Positions 52,226 to 63,224 of a stretch of DNA of 64,000 bases are shown here, piece by piece (the stretch's first letter is position 1; every line of letters begins with the position of its first letter). Where the stretch lies: NCBI RefSeq assembly GCF_020745735.1, contig NC_083417.1, positions 64,294,001 to 64,358,000 of the forward strand, in the 5' to 3' direction. Under the pieces are notes generated by a model. The model was not told the DNA's origin. It did no database searches and saw only the letters and a program-made list of their open reading frames with translations. The position numbers were made by a program, and so were the translations under genes. The DNA is from Hemiscyllium ocellatum. Its lineage: Eukaryota.

Positions 52226-53954
52226 CTGAATTTGTCTCTTTTGCAATGATGTAAAGAATACTTGTATATAATTTATCTTAGCAAAAAGGCATAAAGTGAT
52301 AATAACAAAATTTAATTAAGAAGATGGGCTCTTGGATAATTGACAAGTTAAAGAATCAGAAAAGAGACAGTGGGAGGTAATAACTTCCAAATTCCATAAT
52401 CCTTAAGAGCTAATTAGAAATTGAGTTTGCATCCATAGAGATAAGAAACATGAAAGGTAGAAGGAGCAGTCGGCAATTTGACTCCTGGAATCTGCAACAT
52501 CATTCAATTTTATCATGACTCGTCCCTTGATCCTTCCCTCCCCTCCATCCCTTGATCCCCTTAATCACAAGGGCTATGTCTAATTCCTTCTTGAAAATGC
52601 ATGATGTTTTCACCTGGAGCATTTTCTGTGGTCGCAAATTCCACAGGGTCAACACTCTCCGGGTGAACAAATTTAACTTCATCTCAGTTATTTCTACTCA
52701 ACTCATGTTTGTCTATTCTCATCGCTTAGGGCAATTTGTAATAGGTCTTGCTCATCCGAGGCCAATAAGAAAATAGCGATGGAATTGAGCATGCTGTATG
52801 TTTTATTTGTGGCTTGGAAACAGTTTAAAAAACTAGAGCTTTTGAAGTAAAGGCACGCATGAGGGTTTCATATTATGCTGCTTCTAGTTGGACATGACAT
52901 GTTCATAAGGTATTGGAGAGAAACTGAGAAACAAGTGTCAACCTGCAGCATAAGCAGAATCAGATATCAAGAGCCAAAATATCTGTGAAGTCACTGTCCT
53001 GCTTTAAAAGGTAATATTTATAACCTGAGCAAAGTTACCTGAGTTATTGCACAAAACTGTCTCTTGTTTCCTTGTTTGAGTGGAAGACTCCGAAACTTGC
53101 AAAACACCTGCCAGTGGGATACAGTTTCAGAAGTTTACGTTAACACAGGTTCAGGGGGAGCACTTCAGTGGTCAAGGACATTCAACCTCGGATCTTCAGG
53201 TTGAACATCCTCCTAGGCAGACTTCAGGACACAGGAGAATACAGAGTTGCCGAATAGAGGCTGATAATCATGTTCTATGAGGGCAGCCGCAACCCGGACA
53301 TTACGTTCATGTCATACTACAGATGACCCAACCACACTATACACATATTGATATGCACCGGCACATGTACACACATACCCTCACACAAATACGGACCCTA
53401 TCTCATACACACAACACATTCACACTCACGCTCTCTCATACGCACACACTCCTTCACACTCACTCACACTCTCTCAAGCACATGCAAACTCATATGCATG
53501 CTCTCACAAACATATACTTCCACACAGTTACACACACTTACTGTCTCAAGCAACACATTCTCTGAAGAGCATGTGCACACACACACAAACACACCACACT
53601 CGCTCCATCAAACATGCCCTCTCATACATAAGTTCTCTCTCTCTCTCTCTCTCTCTTTCCGTGTCTCTCTCTCTCTCTCCCACACATACACATGCACACA
53701 CAAATATATAGATCTATGGGGTGAAGTTGCATTTGCAGACTTGTATTTGCAGATGCATTCTATTTTGTTCAAAAACCACACAATGACGGAGTCAGGAATG
53801 TTGATGAGGGCAGAGCGGTAGACCTCATCCATATGGATTTCAGTAAGGCCTTTGATAAGATTCCAAATAGAACATAGAACATAGAACATAGAAAGATACA
53901 GCGCAGTACAGGCCGTTCGGCCCTCGATGTTGCGCCGACCGAATCCTACCTAAC

Positions 53955-56858
53955 CTACACTAGCCCAATAACTTCCAAATGCCTATCCAATGCCCGGTTA
54001 AATGACCATAAAGAAGGAGAGTTCACCACTGCTACTGGCAGGGCATTCCATGAACTCACAACCCGCTGTGTAAAGAATCTACCCCTAACATCTGTCCTAT
54101 ACCTACCACCCCTTAATTTAAAGCTGTGTCCCCTAGTAACACCTGACTCCATTAGCGGTAAAAGGTTCTCAGTGTCGACCCTATCTAAACCCCTAATCAT
54201 CTTATACACCTCTATCAAATCTCCCCTAAACCTTCTCTTCTCCAATGAGAACAGCCCCAAGTGCCTCAGCCTTTCCTCATAAGATTTTCCTACCATTCCA
54301 GGCAACATCCTGGTAAACCTCCTCTGCACTCGTTCCAATGCCTCCACATCCTTCCTATAGTATGGCGACCAAAACTGCACACAATACTCCAGATGAGGCC
54401 GCACCAGAGTCTTATACAGTTGCAACATGACCTCAGGACTCCGGAACTCAATTCCTCTACCAATAAAGCCCAGTACACCATATGCCTTCCTCACAGCACT
54501 ATTTACCTGGGTGGCAACTTTCAGAGATCTGTGTACATGGACACCAAGATCCCTCTGCTCATCCACACTACCAAGTAGCCTACCATTAGCCCAGTAATCC
54601 ATCTTCTTGTTACTCCTACCAAAGTGAATGACTTCACAATTAGTTACATTGAATTCCATTTGCCACATTTCTGCCCAGCTCTGCAACTTATCTATATCCC
54701 GCTGTAACCTACCACTTCCTTCCTCACTATCCACAACTCCACCGACTTTTGTGTCATCCGCAAACTTGCTTACCCAGCTTTCAAGCCCTTCCTCTAGATC
54801 ATTTATAAAGATAACAAAAAGCAATGGTCCCAAAACATATCCTTGTGGTACACCGCTAGTAACTGCACTCCAAGATGAACATAGTCCATCAACTACTACC
54901 CTCTGTCTACTTCCAGCCAGCCAATTCCTAATCCAAACCTCTAATGCATCCTCAATGCCATACCTCCGTAGTTTTAGCATTAGCCTACCATGGGGAACCT
55001 TATCGAACGCCTTACTAAAATCCATATACACAACATCTACTGCTTTACCCTCGTCCACTTCCTTAGTCACCTTCTCAAAGAACTCAATAAGGTTTGTGAG
55101 GCACGACCTGCCCTTCACAAAACCATGCTGGCTATCCTTGATCACGTTATTCCTATCCAGATGTTCATAAATCTTATCCCTTACCATTCTCTCTAAGACT
55201 TTGCCCACCACTGAAGTCAGACTCACAGGCCTATAGTTACTAGGGCTATCCCTACTCCCTTTCTTGAACAAGGGGACCACATTCGCTATCCTCCAGTCCT
55301 CTGGTACTATTCCCGTTGACAATGACGACATAAAAATCCAGGCCAATGGCTCTGCTATCTCCTCCCTAGCTTCCCATAGGATCTTAGGGTAAATGCCATC
55401 AGGCCCAGGAGACTTATCTATTTTCATCCTCTCCAATATTTCCAGAACCTCTTCCCTGCATATTTCCAGGCCATCCATTCTAATCATTTGTGACTCCATA
55501 TTCACATCAGCAACAGTGTCCTGTTCCTGAGTGAATACTGATGAAAAGTATTGATTTAGTGTCTCTCCAATCTCCTCCGCCTCCACACACAACTTCCCAC
55601 TACTATCCTTGACTGGACCGATACCTACCCTAGTCATCCTTTTATTCCTGACATACCTATAGAAAGCCTTTGGGTTTTCCCTAATCCTACCAGCTAAAGA
55701 CTTTTCATGTCCCCTTCTCGCTTCTCTTAGCTCTCTCTTTAGATTCTTCCTGGCTACCTTATAACTCTCTATCGCCCCAACTGAACCTTCACGCCTCATC
55801 TTTACATATGCCGCCTTCTTCCCTTTCACAAGGGATTCCAATTCCTTACTAAACCACGGCTGCCTCACAAGGCCCTTTACACCATGCCTGACTGGTACAT
55901 ACTTATCGAGGACACGTAGTAGATGCTCCTTGAACAATCCCCACATCTCATTAGTGTTCTTCTCTTGAAGCCTGTTTTTCCAATCCACACATCCTAAGTC
56001 ATGCTTCACTGCATCATAATTTCCCTGCCCCCAGCTATAACTCTTGCCCTGCAGCGCACACTTATCCCTCTCCATCACTAAAGTAAAAGTCACCGAGTTG
56101 TGGTCACTGTCCCCGAAGTGCTCACCAACCTCCAAATCTAACACCTGGCCTGGTTCATTACCTAGAACCAAATCCAGTATAGCCTCACCTCTTGTTGGCC
56201 TGTCTACATATTGTGTCAGGAAACACTCCTGCACACATTGGACAAACACCGACCCATCTAATGAACTCGAGCTATAGCTCTCCCAGTCAATATCTGGGAA
56301 GTTAAAGTCCCCCATAACAACCACCCTGCTACCTTCACTCTTTTCCTGAATCATCCTCGCAATATTATCCTCTACTTCTCTAGGACTATTAGGAGGCCTG
56401 TAGAAAACACCTAACAGGGTGACCTTACCTTTCCTATTTCTAACCTCAGCCCAAACTACCTCAGATGGCAAGTCCTCTTCCATCGTCCATTCCACTGCTG
56501 TGATACTATCTTTGACAAGTAATGCCACGCCTCCCCCTTTTTTACCCCCATGTCTGATTCTACTAAAACATTTGAACCCTGGAACGTGCAACAGCCATTC
56601 TTGTCCCTGTTCTACCCACGTCTCTGTAATGGCCACAGCATCGAAGTCCCAGGTACCAACCCACGCTGCAAGTTCACCTACCTTATTTCTTATACATCTG
56701 GCATTGAAGTATACACACTTCAATCCACCCTTCTGTTTACAGGCACCCTCCTTCGAGATCGCTGCATTATTCATAACCTCCCTACACTCAAGGTCCTGTA
56801 CACTAAAGCTACAGTCCAGGTTCCCATGCCCCTGCAGAGTTAGTTTAAACCCTCCCAA
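53955..56858 (-). CDS. CR1 ORF2p: APE endonuclease plus reverse transcriptase
   Basis: 967-codon open frame with APE motifs (YFNAR, ITETW, YRPP, GDFN, SDH) and RT motifs (NYRPVSL, DFSKAFD, GVPQG, FADD). The first in-frame ATG is at 56774. Confidence 0.96.
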   Translation of the reverse strand: MGGFKLTLQGHGNLDCSFSVQDLECREVMNNAAISKEGACKQKGGLKCVYFNARCIRNKVGELAAWVGTWDFDAVAITETWVEQGQEWLLHVPGFKCFSRIRHGGKKGGGVALLVKDSITAVEWTMEEDLPSEVVWAEVRNRKGKVTLLGVFYRPPNSPREVEDNIARMIQEKSEGSRVVVMGDFNFPDIDWESYSSSSLDGSVFVQCVQECFLTQYVDRPTRGEAILDLVLGNEPGQVLDLEVGEHFGDSDHNSVTFTLVMERDKCALQGKSYSWGQGNYDAVKHDLGCVDWKNRLQEKNTNEMWGLFKEHLLRVLDKYVPVRHGVKGLVRQPWFSKELESLVKGKKAAYVKMRREGSVGAIESYKVARKNLKRELREARRGHEKSLAGRIRENPKAFYRYVRNKRMTRVGIGPVKDSSGKLCVEAEEIGETLNQYFSSVFTQEQDTVADVNMESQMIRMDGLEICREEVLEILERMKIDKSPGPDGIYPKILWEAREEIAEPLAWIFMSSLSTGIVPEDWRIANVVPLFKKGSRDSPSNYRPVSLTSVVGKVLERMVRDKIYEHLDRNNVIKDSQHGFVKGRSCLTNLIEFFEKVTKEVDEGKAVDVVYMDFSKAFDKVPHGRLMLKLRRYGIEDALEVWIRNWLAGSRQRVVVDGLCSSWSAVTSGVPQGYVLGPLLFVIFINDLEEGLESWVSKFADDTKVGGVVDSEEGSGRLQRDIDKLQSWAEMWQMEFNVTNCEVIHFGRSNKKMDYWANGRLLGSVDEQRDLGVHVHRSLKVATQVNSAVRKAYGVLGFIGRGIEFRSPEVMLQLYKTLVRPHLEYCVQFWSPYYRKDVEALERVQRRFTRMLPGMVGKSYEERLRHLGLFSLEKRRFRGDLIEVYKMIRGLDRVDTENLLPLMESGVTRGHSFKLRGGRYRTDVRGRFFTQRVVSSWNALPVAVVNSPSLWSFNRALDRHLEVIGLV

Positions 56859-57766
56859 AGAGCACTAGCAAACCTCCCCCCAAGGATACTGGTGCCCCTC
56901 AGGTTCAGGTGTAGACCATCCTTTTTATAGAGGTCCCACCTTCCCCAGAAAGAACCCCAGTTGTCCAGAAACCTGAATCCCTCCCTCCTGCACCATCCCT
57001 GTAGCCACGCATTTAACTGCTCTCTCTCCCTATTCCTCGACTCTCTATCACGTGGCACGGGTAACAAACCAGAGACTACAACTCTGTTTGTTCTAACTCT
57101 GAGCTTCCAACCTAGCTCCCTGAAAGCCTGTCTGACATCCTCACCCCTCTTCCTACCTATATCGTTGGTGCCAACGTGGACCACGATCTGGGGCTGCTCC
57201 CCCTCCCCCATAAGGACCCGGAAAACACGATCAGCGACATCACGTACCCTTGCACCTGGGAGGCAACATACCAAACGTGAGTCACTGTCGCCCCCACAAA
57301 ACCGTCTGTCTGTACCCCTCACTATCGAGTCCCCAAGAAATATCGCTCTACCTTTCTCAACCCTTCCCTTCTGAGCAACGGGGCCAGGCTCCGTGCCAGA
57401 GGCCTGAACCTCGTTGCTTGCCCCTGGTAAGTCATCCCCCCCACAAGTATCCAAAACGGTATACTTGTTCTTGAGGGGAATGACCGTAGGGGGTCCCTGC
57501 ACTGGCTTCCTCCTCCCACTCACCCTCACTGTCACCCATCGATCTTGAACTTTCGGAGTAACTACTTCCCTGAAGCTCTGATCTATGACCCTCTCTGCCT
57601 CCCGAATGATCCGCAGTTCATCCATATCCAGCTCCAGTTCCCTAACACGGGCTTGGAGGAGCTGGAGATGGGTGCACTTCTTGCAAGTGTACTCAGCAGG
57701 GACGCTATTGGCTTCCCTCACCTCATACATGTTGCAAGAGGAACATTGCACTGCCTGCACTGCCAT
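56840..57766 (-). CDS. CR1 ORF1p: N-terminal CxxC..CxxC zinc finger, coiled coil, SGNH esterase domain
   Basis: 308-aa ORF with CSSC/CKKC, the heptad LQARVRELEL and SGNH motifs GDS, GTND, DGLH. Confidence 0.93.
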   Translation of the reverse strand: MAVQAVQCSSCNMYEVREANSVPAEYTCKKCTHLQLLQARVRELELDMDELRIIREAERVIDQSFREVVTPKVQDRWVTVRVSGRRKPVQGPPTVIPLKNKYTVLDTCGGDDLPGASNEVQASGTEPGPVAQKGRVEKGRAIFLGDSIVRGTDRRFCGGDSDSRLVCCLPGARVRDVADRVFRVLMGEGEQPQIVVHVGTNDIGRKRGEDVRQAFRELGWKLRVRTNRVVVSGLLPVPRDRESRNREREQLNAWLQGWCRREGFRFLDNWGSFWGRWDLYKKDGLHLNLRGTSILGGRFASALWEGLN

Positions 57767-60700
57767 CCCTCTAAAAAGCTAGCTTTCTTTAAAAAAAAAC
57801 TAAATGTAAAGAAACCAAACAAGCAAAACGCAGCACTTACCTGCTTGCCGCAACGGGTCTTATTATTTAGGTTAGAGGAGGAGGGCGGGTGGGAGGCTCT
57901 TCTGCCGAAGTGCCTCGGGTTACTCGCCTGCGCGTTTAAATAGAGAAAAAACCCTACCCAGGTAACCTAGCAACACAAGCCTCCGGGTCTACCCGGCGTT
58001 TTTTTTAAAAAAACTTTTTAAGTTTTTAGTTTAATAAAGTTAAAAAAAAAGTTAAGTACTGAAACTTACAACTTAAATTTTTAGTTTTTAAAACAAAATA
58101 AGAAAAACTAAGAACTGGAACTCACCCTGGACTTCGAACCGGACAAACAGCCGTCACGTGATCCTCCGATGGTAGGCTGCTCTGTAAGGTTAGATCACAT
58201 GGAATCCAGGGGGAGTTGGCAAATGAGGTACTCAATTGACTTGATGGTAGGAAGCACAGGGTAATAGTGGAAGGATGTTTGTTGGACTGGAGGCCTGTAA
58301 CTAGTGGTGTGCCTCAGGTGTCGGTGCTGGGCCCATTGCTTTTGTTGATTATATTAATGATTTGGATGAGAATTTACTAGGCATGATTAATAAGTTTGTA
58401 GATGACATTAAAATAAGTGTTATTATGGCAGGGAGGAAGGAAGGTTATCAGAAAATGCAGCAGGATATTGATCAAATGAGGAAGTGGACCAAGAAATGAC
58501 AAATGAAGTTTAATATAGATAAGTGTGAGGTGTTGCATTTTGGAAAGTCAAATCAAGGTAGGAGTTTCATGGTGAATGGTTGAGCCTTAAGGAGTCTAGT
58601 GGAACAGGGGGACTTTGGAGCTCAGGTTCACAGTTCTCTGAAAATGAAGTCGCAGGGGGACAAGGTAATGAAAAAAATTTTGGCACATCTGGCCATTAGT
58701 CAGATCATTGAATATTGAAGATGAGAAGTTATGTTGCAGTTGTCTAGGACATTGGTGAGACTGCGCTTGGAATATTGTGTTTAGAATTGGTTACCTTGCT
58801 ATAGGAAGGATGTTATTAAACTGTAAATAGTGCAGCACGAGGATGTTTCCAGGACTAAACTGTCTGAGTTATAGGGAGAGATTAGACAAGGTAGGACATT
58901 TTTCTTTCGAGCATAGGAGACTGAGAGGCAATCTTTTAAAGTGTATCAGATTGTGTGAGGCATGGATAGGGTGAAGGCACTCAGTCTTTTTTCCAGGATT
59001 GGACAATCGAGAACTACAGGGCACCAGTCTAAGTTTAGAGGAGATAGAACAAAAGGGAACCTGAAGGGCAACATTTTTGCACAGAGTGTAGTAAGTATAT
59101 GGAATGAGCTGCCAGTGGAAGTTGTTGAGGTGGATACAATAACAACATTTAAAAGGCAGTTGGATGAACACATGGATAGGAAAGGAATGGAAGGATCTAC
59201 TGTACTCTGGCAAAGTGAATTACACTGATTCATGATCTTTAGAGAGAAGTAAAAAGGGACATTTAAGCAACTCTTGGATAGATACATGGAAGAGAGTACA
59301 ATGAAGGGCATATATTAAAATAGGATAAAGGGCCGGCACAACATTGAGGGCCAAACAGCCTGGACTGTATTGTACTGTTCTATGTTTTATAAGAACAGGT
59401 GTCAAGAGCAGGGAACTGGAATTAGTGTAGATGGACACTTTTTGTGACATGGACCAGTTTGGACCAAACAGCCTGTCTCCATGTTGTAGGACGCTATGAC
59501 TATCTATAGACAGTCAGTCGGTGTGGCATTTTATAAATTCCCACTTTGGAAATAAAACCAATCTGGCTCCAAGTTGAAATACAAACAAACTTGAAACATT
59601 GCCTCACATCTAAAATGTATTGCCTGACTTGAGGTATGACCATTATTCTGAGAAAGCCTGAAGTTATCTTGGAGTAGTGACTTAAAAGAAATTCTGGTAT
59701 TTCCATATTAATCAATTGAAAACTGCACCTCCATTCTAACTGATTAAAGACTCCATGACCACCTAGGTTTGTTCAATATATTCACATAAACTGTGTGACC
59801 CTTTGACCTTTAACTTCTGAGTTCTGTTGCCGATGTATTCTCTCTTCCTAGCTGCCTGAGGAAGGGCCTGGGGCTCTGAAAGCGTATGATTTCAAATAAA
59901 CCTGTTGGAATACAACCCAGTGTCATTTTTTTTTGCTTTTGCGAAGGGACTACTGGAATTGCTTTGAAGTATTGGCCCATAAACATTGACACTGAGATAG
60001 TAATGTTTGCTAATCACAACCCCAAACTTTTATTGACAGTTCAAAAATCAGAATGTTAGTGTAAGTTAATTTTGTTTGTTATTGCAGCCCTGTCACTTTC
60101 AGCTGATGTACATCGCAAGGCAAAATCAACGTGATTAACTAAGTATCAACATGAGCAGCAGTACAATAGCGATGGACTGAATGTGAATCTTTGCTTTCAT
60201 TGCTTGTGTTCTTCCATGCTTCAAAGCCTTGTAATTAAGTTTGTCTAATCGACAGCTCTTTTATACCAAGTGTGTGATGAAGTGATGTGATTCAAATATT
60301 ACGAGCAGGCTGAGCAGGCCACATATATATCTTTAACCTACAGCAAATAACACATGAATAAAGTAAAGTTATACAAATGCAACAAGGAGTCCAAATGCAA
60401 GAACAAGGGAAGCTTAGCTGGAATGATACACTCTGAAGAACTTTCACAGTCAAAAATATGAGCATTTGGTAAATGGGAAAAGAATATTACATTTTTGAAT
60501 TCAAGGAGAGAGAATTATCATCTGGGCAGAGAGACAACAGCTAATTATTCCACCATTCTTCCTTTGTAACTCTTTTGCATAATGAATGAGTTGGTAAACT
60601 CATCAGATACATGTTCGCCACACAAAACTGTTTGAATAGGAATTTATTGGAATCTACGCCAGTATAAAAGTAACTAGAAATCAAAAAACTACAGATGTTC

Positions 60701-62955
60701 GGAGAAGACACTCAGTTCCAGAAATGTGTGCGTGCGTGTGTGTGTGTTGAATGTTTTCTGAATCAGAATAGTAAATGGGACAAGTTGTGATTTAGTATGT
60801 TTTTTGTCTTGAACTGTCACTTGGACAAAGTGTGTTAAAATTAATACACTGCAGAATTTTCATTGTTCTTTTTTCTCCTCATTGTGTTTGCTGTTTCTTT
60901 AATAGGTTTATTAAGGTTGGATATTTGCATACAATCTGACACTTGACAATACCTGCTTCTTTATTAAGGTAATTTGTCCTGGGTGTAATATATCAATTTG
61001 TTGTTGAGTAAAGGAGCTTTGCTGACTTGTTCTCAATGCCGAACATTTTACAGTCAGTAAATTATATAATTGATGAAATCCAAACATGGGTGCACTTAAA
61101 AATGGTATACACATTGGAAGATTAGGATTAGTAAAATAAAATAGTTCACATCTCCACTATCAGTCAGAACAATTTGAACTAGAAAATGCTTCAACTAAAA
61201 ATGGAAATTGGTGATATAAGTTGAAGCGTTCACACGTTCTCATTTATATCAGGAAAGCATTTCGAAAATTTCACAAAGACAAATGCAAAATGCAATGTCT
61301 GTCGGATGTGAATTGTAAATGTGTTTCTAATAACACAGAAATGTAGATGAGACAAGATTGCTACTATTCATCTCTGGACACATTTTCAGGATACTGCAAT
61401 ACTCAAAATTAAATTTGCAATGCACAAAATTATTTTTAGAACGATGTGTTGGTGCTCTTGAGCTGAATGACTGAGCCACATCCGTTATTTTGCTTGATTA
61501 GCAACTCACAACTTTCAACATTAATTCTGTGGGTGGTTAAGGCAATAAGGTTAAATGATGCAGCCTTCTGTAGAACTAATAGTTCACCAACACATTGACT
61601 TTTTATTTGCTTTGTTGTTTTTTTTTAAATGTTCACCACCACTTCAGTTAATGCATTATCACCTTTTCGATGTTGCAACAGTAAACTCCTACTGGAAAAT
61701 CTATTGTGGCAAAACAAAATACCATTGTAGAGAGCTGTGCAAATTCTGTTCAAAGCCTCATGGACTCAAAACGGATTGTAGTTTATTCTCTCTAGTAGTA
61801 TCTTTAAATTAACACCAGATTAAATACATACATAACATCGGTCGATTCCAACAATTATTTATAATGACAAGTGACCTCAAATTTACTGGCTTTTGCAAGC
61901 AGAATACATGAGGAATTATGTATGAGTTGAAAATGAGAAAAATCGAGGAACAGCACAGCTGAGACTATTTGAGTAGTTCTTTAAAAATGTCAGAACCCAT
62001 GAAATATTTAATATTTTGTGATGCAACATGGATAGTTGTGAGCTCGGTGGCTGTTAATATTAGCAAAAAGGAAATTGGCATCCCCATTCAGGAAATGCAT
62101 GGATTATTCTAACGACTTAACCTTCAACAATTTCATATTCAATAACATGAATGAGATTGGCAATCCCAATACAGCAAAGCACCACAGAACTCAAAACACT
62201 CACGTGAGAACATCACTCACCAAGTGAAAACAGCCAATGTTGATTTGTAGTAGGCCTTATGGATTCTGTATTTATTGAATTTAGACCTATGACCAATAGA
62301 GCTAATGTTGTAGCATTACAAAGTCACAATTAGATAAAACGTATCGGCTGAATATAAATTATAACAGACTCGGTGAAGTTTTGTTCAGAAAAACAGTTGA
62401 AAGAATTTTAACCAAATATTTGACTTCTTTTTTTACTGTAGATAACATTCCATGTTACGATATCAGTGTATTGTTACATCTCTGGTGGGTAGCATCACAT
62501 GGTATGCAGAAGCCTGAGTTGACATAACAGATAAATGAAAGCAAAATTTCTTGTGGATGGGTGGTAGTTTTCCTACCGCTGTGCAAGAAAGTTGGAGTCG
62601 GATCCCCACTACTTCAATAGATGTCCATTTCGGAAAAGCTTGATTACAAAATATGGACACCAATCTCATGACGCTATCAAAATGTATGTTCCCGATGCGT
62701 ATTATTTCTATGTAGACCGTGCATTTCTTTCTATAAATGGACGTATTCTGAAATTCATTCTTCGTTTTTCTACATCCACGTTTTCTCTGTGCATACCATC
62801 TCATCAAAGGCTAGTACTCATTCAGTCTGCAAATCCAATGTTTGACAATATCACCAATTTATTACTTTAGGCGGTATTTCAAAATAATTACCAGAAAAGC
62901 TACCAAACGCCGATTTTCTGAACAGTGTTCTGAAAAATTCTGAATTTCCGATTTC

Positions 62956-63224
62956 CTGCAGTGAGCTAGGAAAGGTGAACAGATAAACCTGGTGTTACTT
63001 AGGCTAGGTTGCATCTCAACCAAAGAGTTGGAAACTCCATACAGCCCATTGGGGTTCTTCGCATTAGTTGTACATATCACTATTGCGTTCTCAATGTCAT
63101 TTTTGTATCAGGTGATCGTGAGTTCCGACGGATGAAATTAAGCTGTTTCACATGCGAGAATCAGAGACAACAGTGGGATTCATTTCAAGTGGCCTGCAGG
63201 CAATCTACATTGAGCTTGGGGTCG
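62956..63224 (-). pseudogene. Second copy of the pseudogene C1 exon (3'-truncated)
   Basis: Same acceptor and the same ACC TGA stop as 13050-13352. Translation ..KNPNGLYGVSNSLVEMQPSLSNTRFICS retains the second Cys and has an extra stop and a frameshift. Confidence 0.85.

Larger units (their letters stand above)
53865..58164 (-). mobile_element. Full-length, young CR1-clade LINE (HER1-like) with intact ORFs
   Basis: E-box TCACGTGA (58154-58161) at the 5' end, ORF1, ORF2, 3' GGCC-GAAC-GGCC stem-loop and (TTCTATG)n tail at 53867-53893. It interrupts an older CR1 whose empty site is seen at about 4851-4870. Confidence 0.95.

Noticed and set aside
54261-57474. Plus-strand ORFs over the intact CR1
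   Set aside because: They are antisense shadows of ORF1 and ORF2.
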